From contig PNAP01000042.1 of the NCBI GenBank assembly GCA_003169735.1, forward strand, positions 23,612 through 87,611: a stretch of 64,000 nt of DNA. The letters are read 5' to 3'. A program made the position numbers and the translations under genes. Under the pieces are notes generated by a model. The model did no database searches, had not been told where the DNA came from, and was given only the letters and a program-made list of their open reading frames with translations. The stretch is from Chloroflexota bacterium. GTDB lineage: Bacteria; Chloroflexota; Limnocylindria; Limnocylindrales; CSP1-4. This document shows, piece after piece, positions 29,714-39,389 of this stretch; position 1 is the first letter of the stretch; each line of letters opens with the position of its first letter.

Positions 29714-31082
29714 GCGCTCTCGACTGATCCTGACGTGCCTGCTCGGCGTCTTCGCGCTGCTGGCCGTGGCGGTGCCGGTCTTCGGCGTCGACCCGAGTGG
29801 CAGCCCGAGTACGAGCCCGACGGCGGTCGCCGCAACGCCCGGCCCGTCCGCCTCGCCGGCAGGTTCGCCCGCACCCTCGTCCAGCGTCGCCGCATCCGCC
29901 AGCATCGCGCCAGAGCCGAGTGGCTCGCACGCTCCGTGCCCGCTGCCCACGCCAAGCCCCACGCCGGTGCCGACACCGAGCCCATCCGCGGGCGCGTCGA
30001 TCACGCCGGTCCCCTCGCCGACCATCACCGCGTCGGCCCTGCCGCACAACCTCTGTCCGGCGGTCCTCAACGGGGCCGACCCGATCAGCATCCTGGCCTG
30101 GCTGTTCACGCCGATCTTCCAGGCCATCTTCATGGTGATGGTCTTCCTCTACAACATCTTCGGCGACATCGGCATCGCCATCATCGTCCTGACCATCATC
30201 CTGCGGCTCATCACCTTCCCCTTGTTCCGCAAGCAGATCGTCTCGCAGCGTCGCATGCAGGCGCTCCAGCCGGAGCTCCGGGCGATCCAGGCGAGATACA
30301 AGGGGCAGCGCACGAAACTCTCCGAGGAGCAGATGCGGCTCTACCGCGAACGGGGCATCAACCCGGCTGCGGGCTGCCTGCCCTCGCTTCTCCAGCTCGC
30401 CCTGCTCATCCCGATGTACCAGGTCATCTCGAACGGCCTTCAGGCCCCGGACATCACCTCGATGCTCCAGGTCTTCGGGACGCAGGTCCTGCATGTCGCA
30501 TGCCAGGCCCCCGGTGATATCACGCGGGCCTGTGTCAACCCGACGGTGACCTGGCTCGGTTGGCTGCCGGCGGCCTCGGGACAAGCCGGCCTCGATGCGC
30601 ACAAGCCCGAGATCTTCCTGATGGTCATCCCGGGAGTCTTCGGGCTCAGCCTGCTGGCGCTCGTGTCGGCGCTGCTCCAGCTCGTCCAGACCCGGATGAT
30701 GACCCCTTCGAGCGCCACGGCCGATCCGCAGCAGCGATCGCAGCAGCGCATCTTCCTGATCCTGCCGCTCTTCTCGCTGATCTACGGCTGGTTCCTGCCG
30801 GCTGGCCTCTTCCTCTACTGGATCACGACCACCCTCTTCTCGATCATCGCGCAGTACGTGATCGCGGGGTACGGTGGCCTGTTCCCACTCTTCGGCTGGA
30901 CGCCGTCCTTGGCGCGGAACCACCAGCCTCCACCAGTCCCGTCCTTCAAGCCGCGCGTCGAGAACGGTACGAGCGCACCGGATGTCCCATCCATGCGCCG
31001 TAGCCCGACCGACCGCTCGGCAGGCACCATCAGGCCGACACGGTCCCGAGGACGGACCAGCCGGCGAGGGAGACGTCGATGA
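29703..31082 (+). CDS. yidC: Membrane protein insertase YidC (probable CTG start at 29703; first canonical start at 29766)
   Basis: [48 protein letters not shown]. Confidence 0.9.
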   Translation: MSSRRSRLILTCLLGVFALLAVAVPVFGVDPSGSPSTSPTAVAATPGPSASPAGSPAPSSSVAASASIAPEPSGSHAPCPLPTPSPTPVPTPSPSAGASITPVPSPTITASALPHNLCPAVLNGADPISILAWLFTPIFQAIFMVMVFLYNIFGDIGIAIIVLTIILRLITFPLFRKQIVSQRRMQALQPELRAIQARYKGQRTKLSEEQMRLYRERGINPAAGCLPSLLQLALLIPMYQVISNGLQAPDITSMLQVFGTQVLHVACQAPGDITRACVNPTVTWLGWLPAASGQAGLDAHKPEIFLMVIPGVFGLSLLALVSALLQLVQTRMMTPSSATADPQQRSQQRIFLILPLFSLIYGWFLPAGLFLYWITTTLFSIIAQYVIAGYGGLFPLFGWTPSLARNHQPPPVPSFKPRVENGTSAPDVPSMRRSPTDRSAGTIRPTRSRGRTSRRGRRR

Positions 31083-32242
31083 GCGAGTACCAGGAATTCA
31101 CCGGCAAGACCGTCGAGGATGCCATCCGCCAGGCGCGCGAGGCGTTCGGGGTGAGCGGCCTCGCCGACCTCGATTTCGAGATCCTCACCCCGGGCAGCCG
31201 AGGGGTGCTCGGCATGGGCGCCGAGCAGGCACGCATCATCGCCGCGCCGAAGACGGCGTTGGGTGGCACCGCGCCGCGCCGCGAGGCCGCCGCGGCAGCA
31301 CCGCTTCCCGCACCGAGCCAGGATCGTGGCGACCGTCCCAGCGGCGACCGTGATCGCGGCCCGCGCCGCGAGGGCGATCGTGACCGCAGCCGCGAAGGCG
31401 ACCGAGACCGTGGCCGCACTCCGCGAGAGCACACCGCGCCGCCGCGCCAGACGCCCATCACCGACGAGCGTGCCTCGTCCGCGCCAGCGGGCTGGGGCGA
31501 GGTCCGTGGCCAGGACGCGGCGCCGACTCCCGCCCCCGAAGGCCCGACGCCGACCGCCGCCCAGCCCGCGGCCAGGATCTCGGCCAATGTCTCGGAACCC
31601 GTGGCGCCGCGCGGCCGCGGACCTCGCCGCGATGACCGCGACCGGCGCGAACCACGCCGTGAGCCACGCTCGGAAGACCGGCGTCCCCCGGCGCTCACGC
31701 AGCGCGATCAGGACGCTCTGGCCACGGCCCGGTCCTCGCTGAGTGCCGAGCGCGAGGAGATGCAGGCCGCCGAGGCGTCGCCGGAGGCGCTCGCCGCCGG
31801 CAAGGAGATCCTCGAGCGCCTGCTCGACCTGATGGGCTATCACGCGACCGTGACCATCACCGCCGGCGACACCTCCAAGCTCGACGTTGCGGGCGACGAA
31901 TCGGAGAAGGAAGCGCTGGGGGCGCTGATCGGGCGGAAGGGCGAGCGACTGTCCGCGCTGCAGCACCTCGTCAACCTGATGCTCTCTCGTCGGATGGGCA
32001 GCTGGACGCGCGTCCTGGTCGACGTCGAGGACTACCGCGGACGGCGCGAGCGGCAGCTCGTCGAGATCGCCCAGCGTGCGGCCGACCGCGTCGTCGAGAG
32101 CGGCGCGATGCTCCAGCTGGAACCGATGCCCGCTCTCGAGCGGCGCTGGATCCACCTCGCGTTGCGCGGCCACGCGCGGGTCACCACCCAGTCGATCGGC
32201 GAGGAGCCGCAGCGTCGCGTGGTCATCCTGCGGCGGGACTAA
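31079..32242 (+). CDS. jag: Jag/EloR (KhpB) RNA-binding protein
   Basis: Jag_N GKTVEDAI, KH LIGRKGERLSALQ, R3H LEPMPALERRWIH, SIGEEPQR. Confidence 0.93.
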   Translation: MSEYQEFTGKTVEDAIRQAREAFGVSGLADLDFEILTPGSRGVLGMGAEQARIIAAPKTALGGTAPRREAAAAAPLPAPSQDRGDRPSGDRDRGPRREGDRDRSREGDRDRGRTPREHTAPPRQTPITDERASSAPAGWGEVRGQDAAPTPAPEGPTPTAAQPAARISANVSEPVAPRGRGPRRDDRDRREPRREPRSEDRRPPALTQRDQDALATARSSLSAEREEMQAAEASPEALAAGKEILERLLDLMGYHATVTITAGDTSKLDVAGDESEKEALGALIGRKGERLSALQHLVNLMLSRRMGSWTRVLVDVEDYRGRRERQLVEIAQRAADRVVESGAMLQLEPMPALERRWIHLALRGHARVTTQSIGEEPQRRVVILRRD

Positions 32243-32288
32243 GGGCCGATATGGCGTGCCGCCATAGGCGGCGTAGGATGCCTCTCCC

Positions 32289-34184
32289 ATGACCATCGCC
32301 AGCGCCCCGACCCCGCCACCACTGCCTGCCGCCCGCCCCCGTCGACGGTCGGCCAAACGGTTCGCGCTGATCGCCTTTCTGGTGACCATCGTGGTCGGCG
32401 CGGCCGCTACCGTCGGCTCGGCAGTGGGCTACGCAGCCATCTACGACGGCCGCGTGATGCCCGGTGTCAGCATCGCCGGCGTCGACGTCGGCGGCCTCGA
32501 TCCGACGGCAGCGGCGGCTCGCCTCGCCGCGTCGCTGCCCGACCCGACAGCGGGCACGCTGACCATGGTCGCCGGCGACCAACGGTTGGTCGTTCCCTAC
32601 GCCGACCTGCAACGCCGATACGACACTGCGACCGCGGTGGATGCGGCCATGGCCGTCGGCCGCGCTGGTGGGCCGCTCGATCGTTCGGGCGACCAGCTGC
32701 GCACGTTGATGCACGGCGTGGACCTGCCGGTCGCCGTCGTCTACGACCCCACCGTCATCGACCGGCAAGCCGCCCAGCTGGCGGCCAGCGTGCAACGCGC
32801 CGAGATCGAGGCGAGCGCCGTCTTCAAGGCCGGTGCGGACGGAGCGGCGGCGTCATGGAAGGTGCGGCCGGCGGCTGCTGGCGCCGACGTCAGCGACGTC
32901 GCGCTGAGCGCCGCCGGGCGTGCCGCCGTCGACGCGCTGGGCACGACCACCGTCTCGACCCAGATCAGCGTGGCTCCCGTCATCACCGAACCGACCATCA
33001 CCACGGACGAGGTACAGGCCGCGGTCACCCGGGCCAACGCGATGAGCTCGACAGACCTTGCCCTGGTCGATGGCACGACCACCTACACCATCCCGGCCGG
33101 GACGTTGCAGAGCCGGCTGACCCTCGGCCCATCCGCCGATGGGAGCTACTCGGCCACCCTGGATACGGCCGCCATCACAGCGGCGCTGCCGCCGCTGCTC
33201 GCCGCGGTCGCTAAGGCTCCGGTCGAGGCCAGCCTGGCCTTCGCGGCCGGCAACACCGTCGTCGCGGTACCGGGCCAGCCCGGGCGCGCCCTCGATATCG
33301 GCGCAACGGTCGCCGCGGTCGTGGCTGCGTTGTCCGCCCGCGCCGCGGGGACCCTCACCGACTCGGTCGATGTGGCCACCGCCGTGGTCGACCCGACGTT
33401 CACGACAGCGCAGGCTGAGGAGGCGGCGCCGCGGGTCGTGATGGTCTCCCATTGGATCACTCACTTCATCCCGGGCGTCTCCAACTTCTTCGGCCACAAC
33501 ATCAGCGTGCCGACCACGGCGCTCGACGCGCAGGTCCTCGGGCCAGGCGATTGGTTCGATTTCTGGAAGGCCATCGGCGTAGTCAGCAAGGCGACCGGAT
33601 ATGGTCCCGGTGGCGCCATCATCAATGGCCATAGCCGGCCCACCGGCGCCCTCGCCGGCGGGATCTGCTCGTGCTCGACGACCATCTTCAACGCGGCGCT
33701 CCGCGCCGGCCTCCAGATGGGCGCTCGTCGCAATCACTACTACTACATCGACCGCTACCCGGTCGGGCTGGATGCCACCGTCTTCAAGTCATCGGGCGGG
33801 TCGACTCAGACGATGCGGTTCCGCAACGACACTGCGTACCCCGTCCTGATTCGCGGCATCAACGGCCCGGGCACCGTCCGCTTCGAGATCTGGACCGTCC
33901 CGACCGGCCGCACGGTCACCTTCACCGACCCGATCATCAAGGACCGCACGACGGCCCACGACACCATCGAATACACCGACCGACTTGCGCCCGGCGCGAC
34001 ACGGCGGATCGAGTACCCCACCAACGGCTTCAGGGCCTGGGTGACGCGCACGGTCACCGACGCCAGCGGTGCCGTCGTCCACACCGACACGTTCTACTCG
34101 AATTACTCGGCGGTCGATGGCGTGACGCTGGTCGGTCGCTCCCCGGGCGACCCGCCGTCGGGCACCGTCGTGGTGGTGCGGTAG
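32289..34184 (+). CDS. VanW-family protein with putative peptidoglycan-binding repeats
   Basis: TM anchor, PGVSIAGVDVGG, GGICSCSTTIFNAAL, RRNHYYY..YPVGLDATV, MRFRNDT. Confidence 0.88.
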   Translation: MTIASAPTPPPLPAARPRRRSAKRFALIAFLVTIVVGAAATVGSAVGYAAIYDGRVMPGVSIAGVDVGGLDPTAAAARLAASLPDPTAGTLTMVAGDQRLVVPYADLQRRYDTATAVDAAMAVGRAGGPLDRSGDQLRTLMHGVDLPVAVVYDPTVIDRQAAQLAASVQRAEIEASAVFKAGADGAAASWKVRPAAAGADVSDVALSAAGRAAVDALGTTTVSTQISVAPVITEPTITTDEVQAAVTRANAMSSTDLALVDGTTTYTIPAGTLQSRLTLGPSADGSYSATLDTAAITAALPPLLAAVAKAPVEASLAFAAGNTVVAVPGQPGRALDIGATVAAVVAALSARAAGTLTDSVDVATAVVDPTFTTAQAEEAAPRVVMVSHWITHFIPGVSNFFGHNISVPTTALDAQVLGPGDWFDFWKAIGVVSKATGYGPGGAIINGHSRPTGALAGGICSCSTTIFNAALRAGLQMGARRNHYYYIDRYPVGLDATVFKSSGGSTQTMRFRNDTAYPVLIRGINGPGTVRFEIWTVPTGRTVTFTDPIIKDRTTAHDTIEYTDRLAPGATRRIEYPTNGFRAWVTRTVTDASGAVVHTDTFYSNYSAVDGVTLVGRSPGDPPSGTVVVVR

Positions 34185-34186
34185 GC

Positions 34187-35110
34187 CTAGCCGAGTTCCT
34201 GCTCGAGGGCATCCTCGAGCTGCGGATAGCGGAAGCGGTAGCCTGCCGCCAGCGCTCGGGCCGGCCAGACGCGGCGACTGCCGAGCACGAGGGTCGACTG
34301 TCCACGCGGGAAGGCCAGCCTGAATGGCCAGCCGGGGGTCGGCAGAAAGCTCGGGCGATGAAGCACCCGCCCGAGCGCCCTGGCGAAGTCGGCCTGCTGG
34401 CGGGGGTCGGGCGCGGCGACGTTGATGGGGCCATCGATGGCGTCATCGTCGAGGGCCCAGAGCACGATCGCTACCACGTCGTCGATGTGGACCCAGCTGA
34501 CCCACTGGCGACCGCCGGCGATGGGACCGCCGACGAACAGGCGGAATGGCAGGGCGAAGCTGCGCAGCGACTTCGCCTCGCGTGATAGGACGACGCTGAA
34601 GCGCGGCCGTACGACGCGAACGTCGAGTGCCTCGGCCTTCACCGCGGCGTCTTCCCAGGCCACGCACAGGTTCGCAAGGAAGGTCGTCGCGGGTTCGGTC
34701 TCCTCCGTCGCCGGGACGGCATCGCGGCCGTCGTAGCGATCCGTGCCAGAGACGCTGACCAGCACCCTCGGGCGACGTTCCGCGGGCACCATGGCCATCG
34801 CCCCGACGATCGCCGTGGTCGCGGTCACGCGGCTGTCGACGAGCAGCCGCTTCCGCGCCGCGGTCCATGGCCAGTCGCCGATGTTCGCGCCGGCCAGGTT
34901 GACCACGCCGGCCGCGCCATCGAGTGCCTTGACCCAGTCGGCCGAGAGGTCGTGAGGATCCCAGGCAACGACGCGTGCGCCGGGCTGGACGCGATCGGCC
35001 TTCGCCGCAGGGTCGTGGCTCAGCACCACGACCTCATCGCCGCGTTCGACCAGGGCGGCCACGATGTGCCGGCCGATCATGCCCGTCCCGCCGGTGATGA
35101 CGATCCTCAT
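34187..35110 (-). CDS. TIGR01777-family NAD-dependent epimerase-like oxidoreductase
   Basis: ITGGTGMIG, VVNLAGANI, SRVTAT, WEDAA, QWVSWVHIDD. Confidence 0.9.
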   Translation of the reverse strand: MRIVITGGTGMIGRHIVAALVERGDEVVVLSHDPAAKADRVQPGARVVAWDPHDLSADWVKALDGAAGVVNLAGANIGDWPWTAARKRLLVDSRVTATTAIVGAMAMVPAERRPRVLVSVSGTDRYDGRDAVPATEETEPATTFLANLCVAWEDAAVKAEALDVRVVRPRFSVVLSREAKSLRSFALPFRLFVGGPIAGGRQWVSWVHIDDVVAIVLWALDDDAIDGPINVAAPDPRQQADFARALGRVLHRPSFLPTPGWPFRLAFPRGQSTLVLGSRRVWPARALAAGYRFRYPQLEDALEQELG

Positions 35111-35203
35111 GAGGCGATGTCTTTCTTATGTGCTACTGGGACGTAGCCAGTATGAGCGGATCAAAGCCGGCGGTCAAGACGCCGCTCGGCCGGCCGACAT
35201 GCG

Positions 35204-35241
35204 GAAGAGCCCCGGTCCGCGCTCGGGCACCGGGGCTCTTC
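35204..35241. terminator. GC-rich hairpin, probable terminator
   Basis: GAAGAGCCCCGGT..ACCGGGGCTCTTC perfect 13-bp stem just downstream of the 35260 stop. Confidence 0.65.
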
Positions 35242-35259
35242 TTGATGGGTTGCGAGAGG

Positions 35260-35670
35260 TCAGGAGATACGCTCGAGCGCCATGACCGGGATGGTCCGGC
35301 TGGTCTTCCGCTCGTAGTCGGCGAAACCCGGCATCACCTTGGCCTGGCCGTCGTACAGGCGTCGGCGCTCCGCGCCGTGCACCTCGGTCGCCCGGACCTT
35401 GAACGTGTCGGGCCCGACCTCGATGGTAGCCGTGGGGGTAGCGAGCAGGTTCCGGTACCACGCTGGATGCGTGTCCGCGCCACCCTTGGAGGCGATGATC
35501 ACGTAGCGATCGCCGTCGCGCGTGTAGGCGAGCGGATTGGTGCGCAGCAACCCGGTCTTGCCACCGACCGTGGTCAGTAGCAGCAGGTCCTTGCCCTGGA
35601 ACGGGCCGCTCGGCATTTGGCCGGCATTGGCGCGGAAGTCGTTGATGATGCCGTGGTTGAAGTCGCTCAT
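35260..35670 (-). CDS. Deazaflavin (F420)-dependent nitroreductase-family oxidoreductase
   Basis: FRANAG, LLLLTTVGGKTG, IASKGGADTHPAWYRNL, YERKTSRTIPV. Confidence 0.9.
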   Translation of the reverse strand: MSDFNHGIINDFRANAGQMPSGPFQGKDLLLLTTVGGKTGLLRTNPLAYTRDGDRYVIIASKGGADTHPAWYRNLLATPTATIEVGPDTFKVRATEVHGAERRRLYDGQAKVMPGFADYERKTSRTIPVMALERIS

Positions 35671-35676
35671 GCCCAC

Positions 35677-35720
35677 ACTGTAACAGGAAATGATTGCTTA
35701 CGCAATAGTTGCGCGTAAAC
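35677..35720 (-). promoter_or_regulatory. Leaderless promoter with palindromic operator
   Basis: Minus strand TTGCGT, 17 nt, TACAGT, 6 nt, ATG; palindrome ATTGC-TTAC-GCAAT (35693-35706) over the -35. Confidence 0.55.
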
Positions 35721-35845
35721 GAAGGACCGCACGCCGATTGCCGAAGCAACATCCCTTCCGAACGGCACCAAGGGGTCTATGCAGGAAAGCGTTGGGCCGG
35801 TACCGTTGAAGCACCGGGCACGACCGCCCGCGATGAAAGGCCACC

Positions 35846-37216
35846 GTGGCGATCTGGCGAGGGATGGTCGGCTCCGCACTCGTCATCGTCTTGTCCGCGT
35901 GCACGTCAGCGCCGGTCCCTGAGCCAGCCGCAACGTCGACCCCTGCGCCGCCGCCGTCCCCTTCACCGTCGGTGCCCAGGATCCCGACCGCGTCACCGAA
36001 CGAGTCGTCAACGGCCTCCGCGTCGGCGCGGCCGACCCCGACGCGGTCGCCGACACCGTCGTCCACGCCGCTTCCAACCTCCACCCCAGTGCCACCTCCG
36101 CTCAGGGCTCGCTTGCCATCCACCCGGTTCGAAACCGGTCGGACCCTGCGGATGGGCACCGAGTCCGCCCAGATCAGCGGTTCCCTGCAGTTCTCGCTGG
36201 GCCCGAGCGACCTGACCTCGCTCTGGCCGGTGGGCCCCATGGCTCCCGGCGATGAACCCGACTGGGACCTTTCGAGCCCGCCGTCCCTCCTCATCGAACA
36301 GGACGGCGCGACCGGGGATGAGGGCATCCTGTCGGATGCCGATCGGCCTGGGATCTGGGTCGCCGAAGTGAACGGCGACGCTGGCCAGGCGACTCGTATC
36401 GCGACGGATACGCTCGATCCGGTGATCGACCAGACGGGCGACAGGATCGTCTTCACCGACTCCATCGACCACAAGACCCTGACGGCCGTGGCCCGTGACG
36501 GAACGGTCCTGGGCAGCGTCGCCACCATGGACGAGTTCCCGACCGCTGCGTGGCTGAGGGATGGCTCGGTCGCGTTCGTCGACGGCGGCGACGTGCGCAT
36601 CTGGGACCTGATGACGGGGACGACACGACCGCTGGTCCCCATCCCGACGGTCGACTCTGGCTACGAGGTCGCGGCCCTGGGTGACTTGGTGGCCGCTGGG
36701 CCGTACAAGGGAGGGCAGATCGAACTCATCCGCCCGAGTGACAGCACCGTACTGGCCTCCTGGAACGATGGCAGCGACAACGGCAACGACTTCGCGATGG
36801 AACTCAGCGGCGATCGTTTCCTGACGGCGCGGGGCCTGGATGGGCCACAGATGGTGCTGGAACTGCGGAGCGCCGTCGATGGGCACGTCATCGCATCGTG
36901 TCGACAGTCGGAGTTGCAGTACTTCGCCGGAGCGGTCTGGATCTCCGACGACCTGATGATCGTCGGCATCGACCCGACCGGCACGCAGGTGGAAACCGAG
37001 TGGTGGCTCGTGAGCGCTCGCTCGCTGGCCGATTGCTCACCGATCCGCGGTTACTCGGAGCGGCTGTTCGACACGTCAGACCCAGCCCTGGAACCGCGCC
37101 GCATCGAGCCGTTCGTGCCGCACCAGTGGCAATCGGTGCAAATGGGCGACCAGCTCATGGCGGCCAACGAAGATGGGCTGGTCGCGGTGATGTCGATCGG
37201 TTCCGACCGCCCCTGA
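35846..37216 (+). CDS. Putative lipoprotein with PST-rich linker and beta-propeller-like domain
   Basis: Lipobox-like LSAC after a hydrophobic stretch; long Pro/Ser/Thr tract; beta-rich remainder. Confidence 0.6.
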   Translation: MAIWRGMVGSALVIVLSACTSAPVPEPAATSTPAPPPSPSPSVPRIPTASPNESSTASASARPTPTRSPTPSSTPLPTSTPVPPPLRARLPSTRFETGRTLRMGTESAQISGSLQFSLGPSDLTSLWPVGPMAPGDEPDWDLSSPPSLLIEQDGATGDEGILSDADRPGIWVAEVNGDAGQATRIATDTLDPVIDQTGDRIVFTDSIDHKTLTAVARDGTVLGSVATMDEFPTAAWLRDGSVAFVDGGDVRIWDLMTGTTRPLVPIPTVDSGYEVAALGDLVAAGPYKGGQIELIRPSDSTVLASWNDGSDNGNDFAMELSGDRFLTARGLDGPQMVLELRSAVDGHVIASCRQSELQYFAGAVWISDDLMIVGIDPTGTQVETEWWLVSARSLADCSPIRGYSERLFDTSDPALEPRRIEPFVPHQWQSVQMGDQLMAANEDGLVAVMSIGSDRP

Positions 37217-37256
37217 CGCAGCCCGGGCGCACGCCCCGCGGCCACCGTGGAACTCA

Positions 37257-37626
37257 TGGTGGAGATGGGGGAGAGTCGAACTCCCCGTCCAGAACCTTCG
37301 GCCGAAGACCACTACGAGCGTGTCCGATGATTTGTCGTCGATCCCGGCGTCTGGCATCGGCACCATCCACCGGGCTCCAGTCACGTCCCCTTGCGGGCTT
37401 TACTCCGGACTACGCGACGCTACTCCAGAGCGCACCTCCGCTGAATGACGCTTCCACAGTCCACGGAGGCGAGACTGCTTCCACGCTCACCTTACTGCCT
37501 AAGCAGCGAGGGCGAGAGTCGACTGACGATTGCCAGTTACTTCTTTTGCTGCCGGTTTAACGAGGCCTGACAGCACCTCGGCTCGCGTTCTTCGGGGTTG
37601 GGGCCCTGTCGAGACCACGCATCCCC
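37257..37626 (-). ncRNA. ssrA: tmRNA; tag peptide (A)GNRQSTLALAA* at 37499-37534
   Basis: 5' GGGGATGCGTGGTCTCGAC, 3' GGGAGTTCGACTCTCCCCCATCTCCACCA (T-arm plus CCA), tag ending ALAA; smpB nearby. Confidence 0.95.
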
Positions 37627-37746
37627 ACGAACTTCAATCCTAGCACGAGCTCTTTCTGGCTCCACGTGGGCGACAGGAGCAACAGCCGGCCCGATGGGCC
37701 GCGGCACGGCCAGACGTCAGAACCCGCCATCCGCCATCATTACGAC

Positions 37747-38697
37747 ATGGGAGATCTGCGACTCGGGATCCTGCTCTGGAGCCAGGTGGCCAGCTGGCGG
37801 GAGATGCTCGATGGGGCGAAGACTTGCGAGCGGCTCGGCTATGACTACATCTGGACGTGGGACCACCTCTACGCCATCTTCGGCGACCCATACCAGCCCA
37901 TCTTCGAGGGCTGGTCGGTGCTTGCGGCGCTGGCCATGGCGACCGAACGGGCTCGACTGGGCCTGATGGTGGGCGCGAACACGTTCCGCAACCCGGGCCT
38001 GGTCGCGAAAACGGCCACGACCCTTGACCACATCAGCAACGGTCGTGCCATCCTCGGCATCGGTGGGGCGTGGTTCGAACTCGAGCACCTTGCCCACGGT
38101 ATCGACTTCGGCACGGGTTTCGGCCAGCGACTGGACTGGTTCGATGAATCGGTCGCGGCGATGCGGACGGTGGTCGACGGTGGCACGGTGACGTCCGCTC
38201 CGGGCGGTCACTACGCTTTCGATGCCCTGCGCCACCATCCCGCCCCGATCCAGCGGCGGCTGCCGATCATGATCGGCGGGAGCGGCGAGAAGAAGACGCT
38301 GCGCACGGTCGCCAGGTACGCCGACATGTGGAACGCGATGGGTCCGGTGCCGATGATGGCCCACAAGGTCGAGGTGCTGAAGCAGCACTGCGAGGCGGTC
38401 GGGCGTGACCCGTCGGAGATCGAGTTCACCCTCGGCGTCAAGGTCACCATCCGCGACTCTCAGGCCGAAGCCGAGCGCGTCTGGAAAGGGGCCATGGCCG
38501 CAAACCGCACGCCGATGTCGGAGGTCGAGGACGACAACACGTTCTGGAACGGCACGCCCGAGCAGATCGCCGAGCGCCTGGCTCCGTACGTGGAGCTTGG
38601 CTTCCACACCGCCATCAGCGAGCAACCCGCACCGTACGACACCGAGACGCTGGAGCGGTTCATCGGCCAGGTGAAGCCGCTCGTCGACGCAGCCTAA
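37747..38697 (+). CDS. LLM-class flavin (probably F420)-dependent oxidoreductase
   Basis: IWTWDH, FRNPGLVAK, LDHISNGRAILGIGGAW, IMIGGSGEKKTL. Confidence 0.9.
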   Translation: MGDLRLGILLWSQVASWREMLDGAKTCERLGYDYIWTWDHLYAIFGDPYQPIFEGWSVLAALAMATERARLGLMVGANTFRNPGLVAKTATTLDHISNGRAILGIGGAWFELEHLAHGIDFGTGFGQRLDWFDESVAAMRTVVDGGTVTSAPGGHYAFDALRHHPAPIQRRLPIMIGGSGEKKTLRTVARYADMWNAMGPVPMMAHKVEVLKQHCEAVGRDPSEIEFTLGVKVTIRDSQAEAERVWKGAMAANRTPMSEVEDDNTFWNGTPEQIAERLAPYVELGFHTAISEQPAPYDTETLERFIGQVKPLVDAA

Positions 38698-39161
38698 CGA
38701 CGACCTCTGCCGATTTCGGCCATCTCGCGATCCATGTCTCGCTTGGCGTCGCGGTCGGCGATGTCGCGGCGCTTGTCGTGGAGCAGCTTGCCGCGTCCGA
38801 GTCCGAGTTCGAGCTTCGCCCGGCCGCGTCCGGTGATGTAGAGGCGCAGCGGCACGATGGTCAGCCCCTTGGCACCGACCCGGCCGGCCAGCCGCTCGAT
38901 CTCCATCCGGTGGAGGAGCAGCTTCCGGTTGCGGCGCGGTTCGTGGTTGTTGCGGTTGCCGCCGGCCCACGGCGCGATATGGGCGCCGATGAGCCACGCT
39001 TCGCCGTGCTCGATCCGGGCATACGCCTCAGTCAGGTTGGCTTTGCCCTCGCGGATGCTCTTGATCTCGGTCCCGGTCAGCGCGATGCCCGCCTCGAGCG
39101 TCTCCTCGATGGCGTATTCGTGACGCGCTTTGCGATTGAGGGCAACCGTCTGTTCGCCCAT
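38694..39161 (-). CDS. smpB: SsrA-binding protein
   Basis: NRKARHEY, EAGIALTGTEIKSIR, RKLLLHR, GKLLHDKR. Confidence 0.97.
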   Translation of the reverse strand: MGEQTVALNRKARHEYAIEETLEAGIALTGTEIKSIREGKANLTEAYARIEHGEAWLIGAHIAPWAGGNRNNHEPRRNRKLLLHRMEIERLAGRVGAKGLTIVPLRLYITGRGRAKLELGLGRGKLLHDKRRDIADRDAKRDMDREMAEIGRGRR

Positions 39162-39209
39162 CGGGATCCGAAGCCTCCGGAGTTGCGGGTGGATAGCGAG
39201 GAACGCCGA

Positions 39210-39350
39210 GAAACACGAACGCCGGCCCAAGACGGACCGGCGTTTCGCGGCTGCTTCACCACCCGGTGGGCTCAGCGCTTAGCGCGAACCCTCCGAGGTG
39301 GTGCAGCGACTCTTACTGTCGATCACTGCACATCACCTCCTTCCGTATGC
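39210..39350 (-). ncRNA. Candidate structured sRNA or leader containing a 15-aa sORF (39279-39326, MIDSKSRCTTSEGSR)
   Basis: Promoter TTGCGG-16-TATCGT with extended TG; AAGGAGGTGAT SD; hairpin occluding SD and GTG; terminator-like hairpin at 39218-39245. Confidence 0.5.
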
Positions 39351-39389
39351 CGCGGACGATAGCACATCGTCACGCGCCCGCAAGAGGGG

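Noticed and set aside
31320-31420. GACCG/GATCG-rich repeats in jag
   Set aside because: They encode a low-complexity Arg-Asp-Gly linker; not CRISPR (no constant repeat-spacer period, no cas genes).
35700-37256. Possible island integrated at the tmRNA 3' end
   Set aside because: No integrase and no duplicated ssrA 3' end seen; only one hypothetical lipoprotein gene.
37257-37290. tRNA-like 3' end
   Set aside because: It is the tRNA-like domain of tmRNA, not a separate tRNA.
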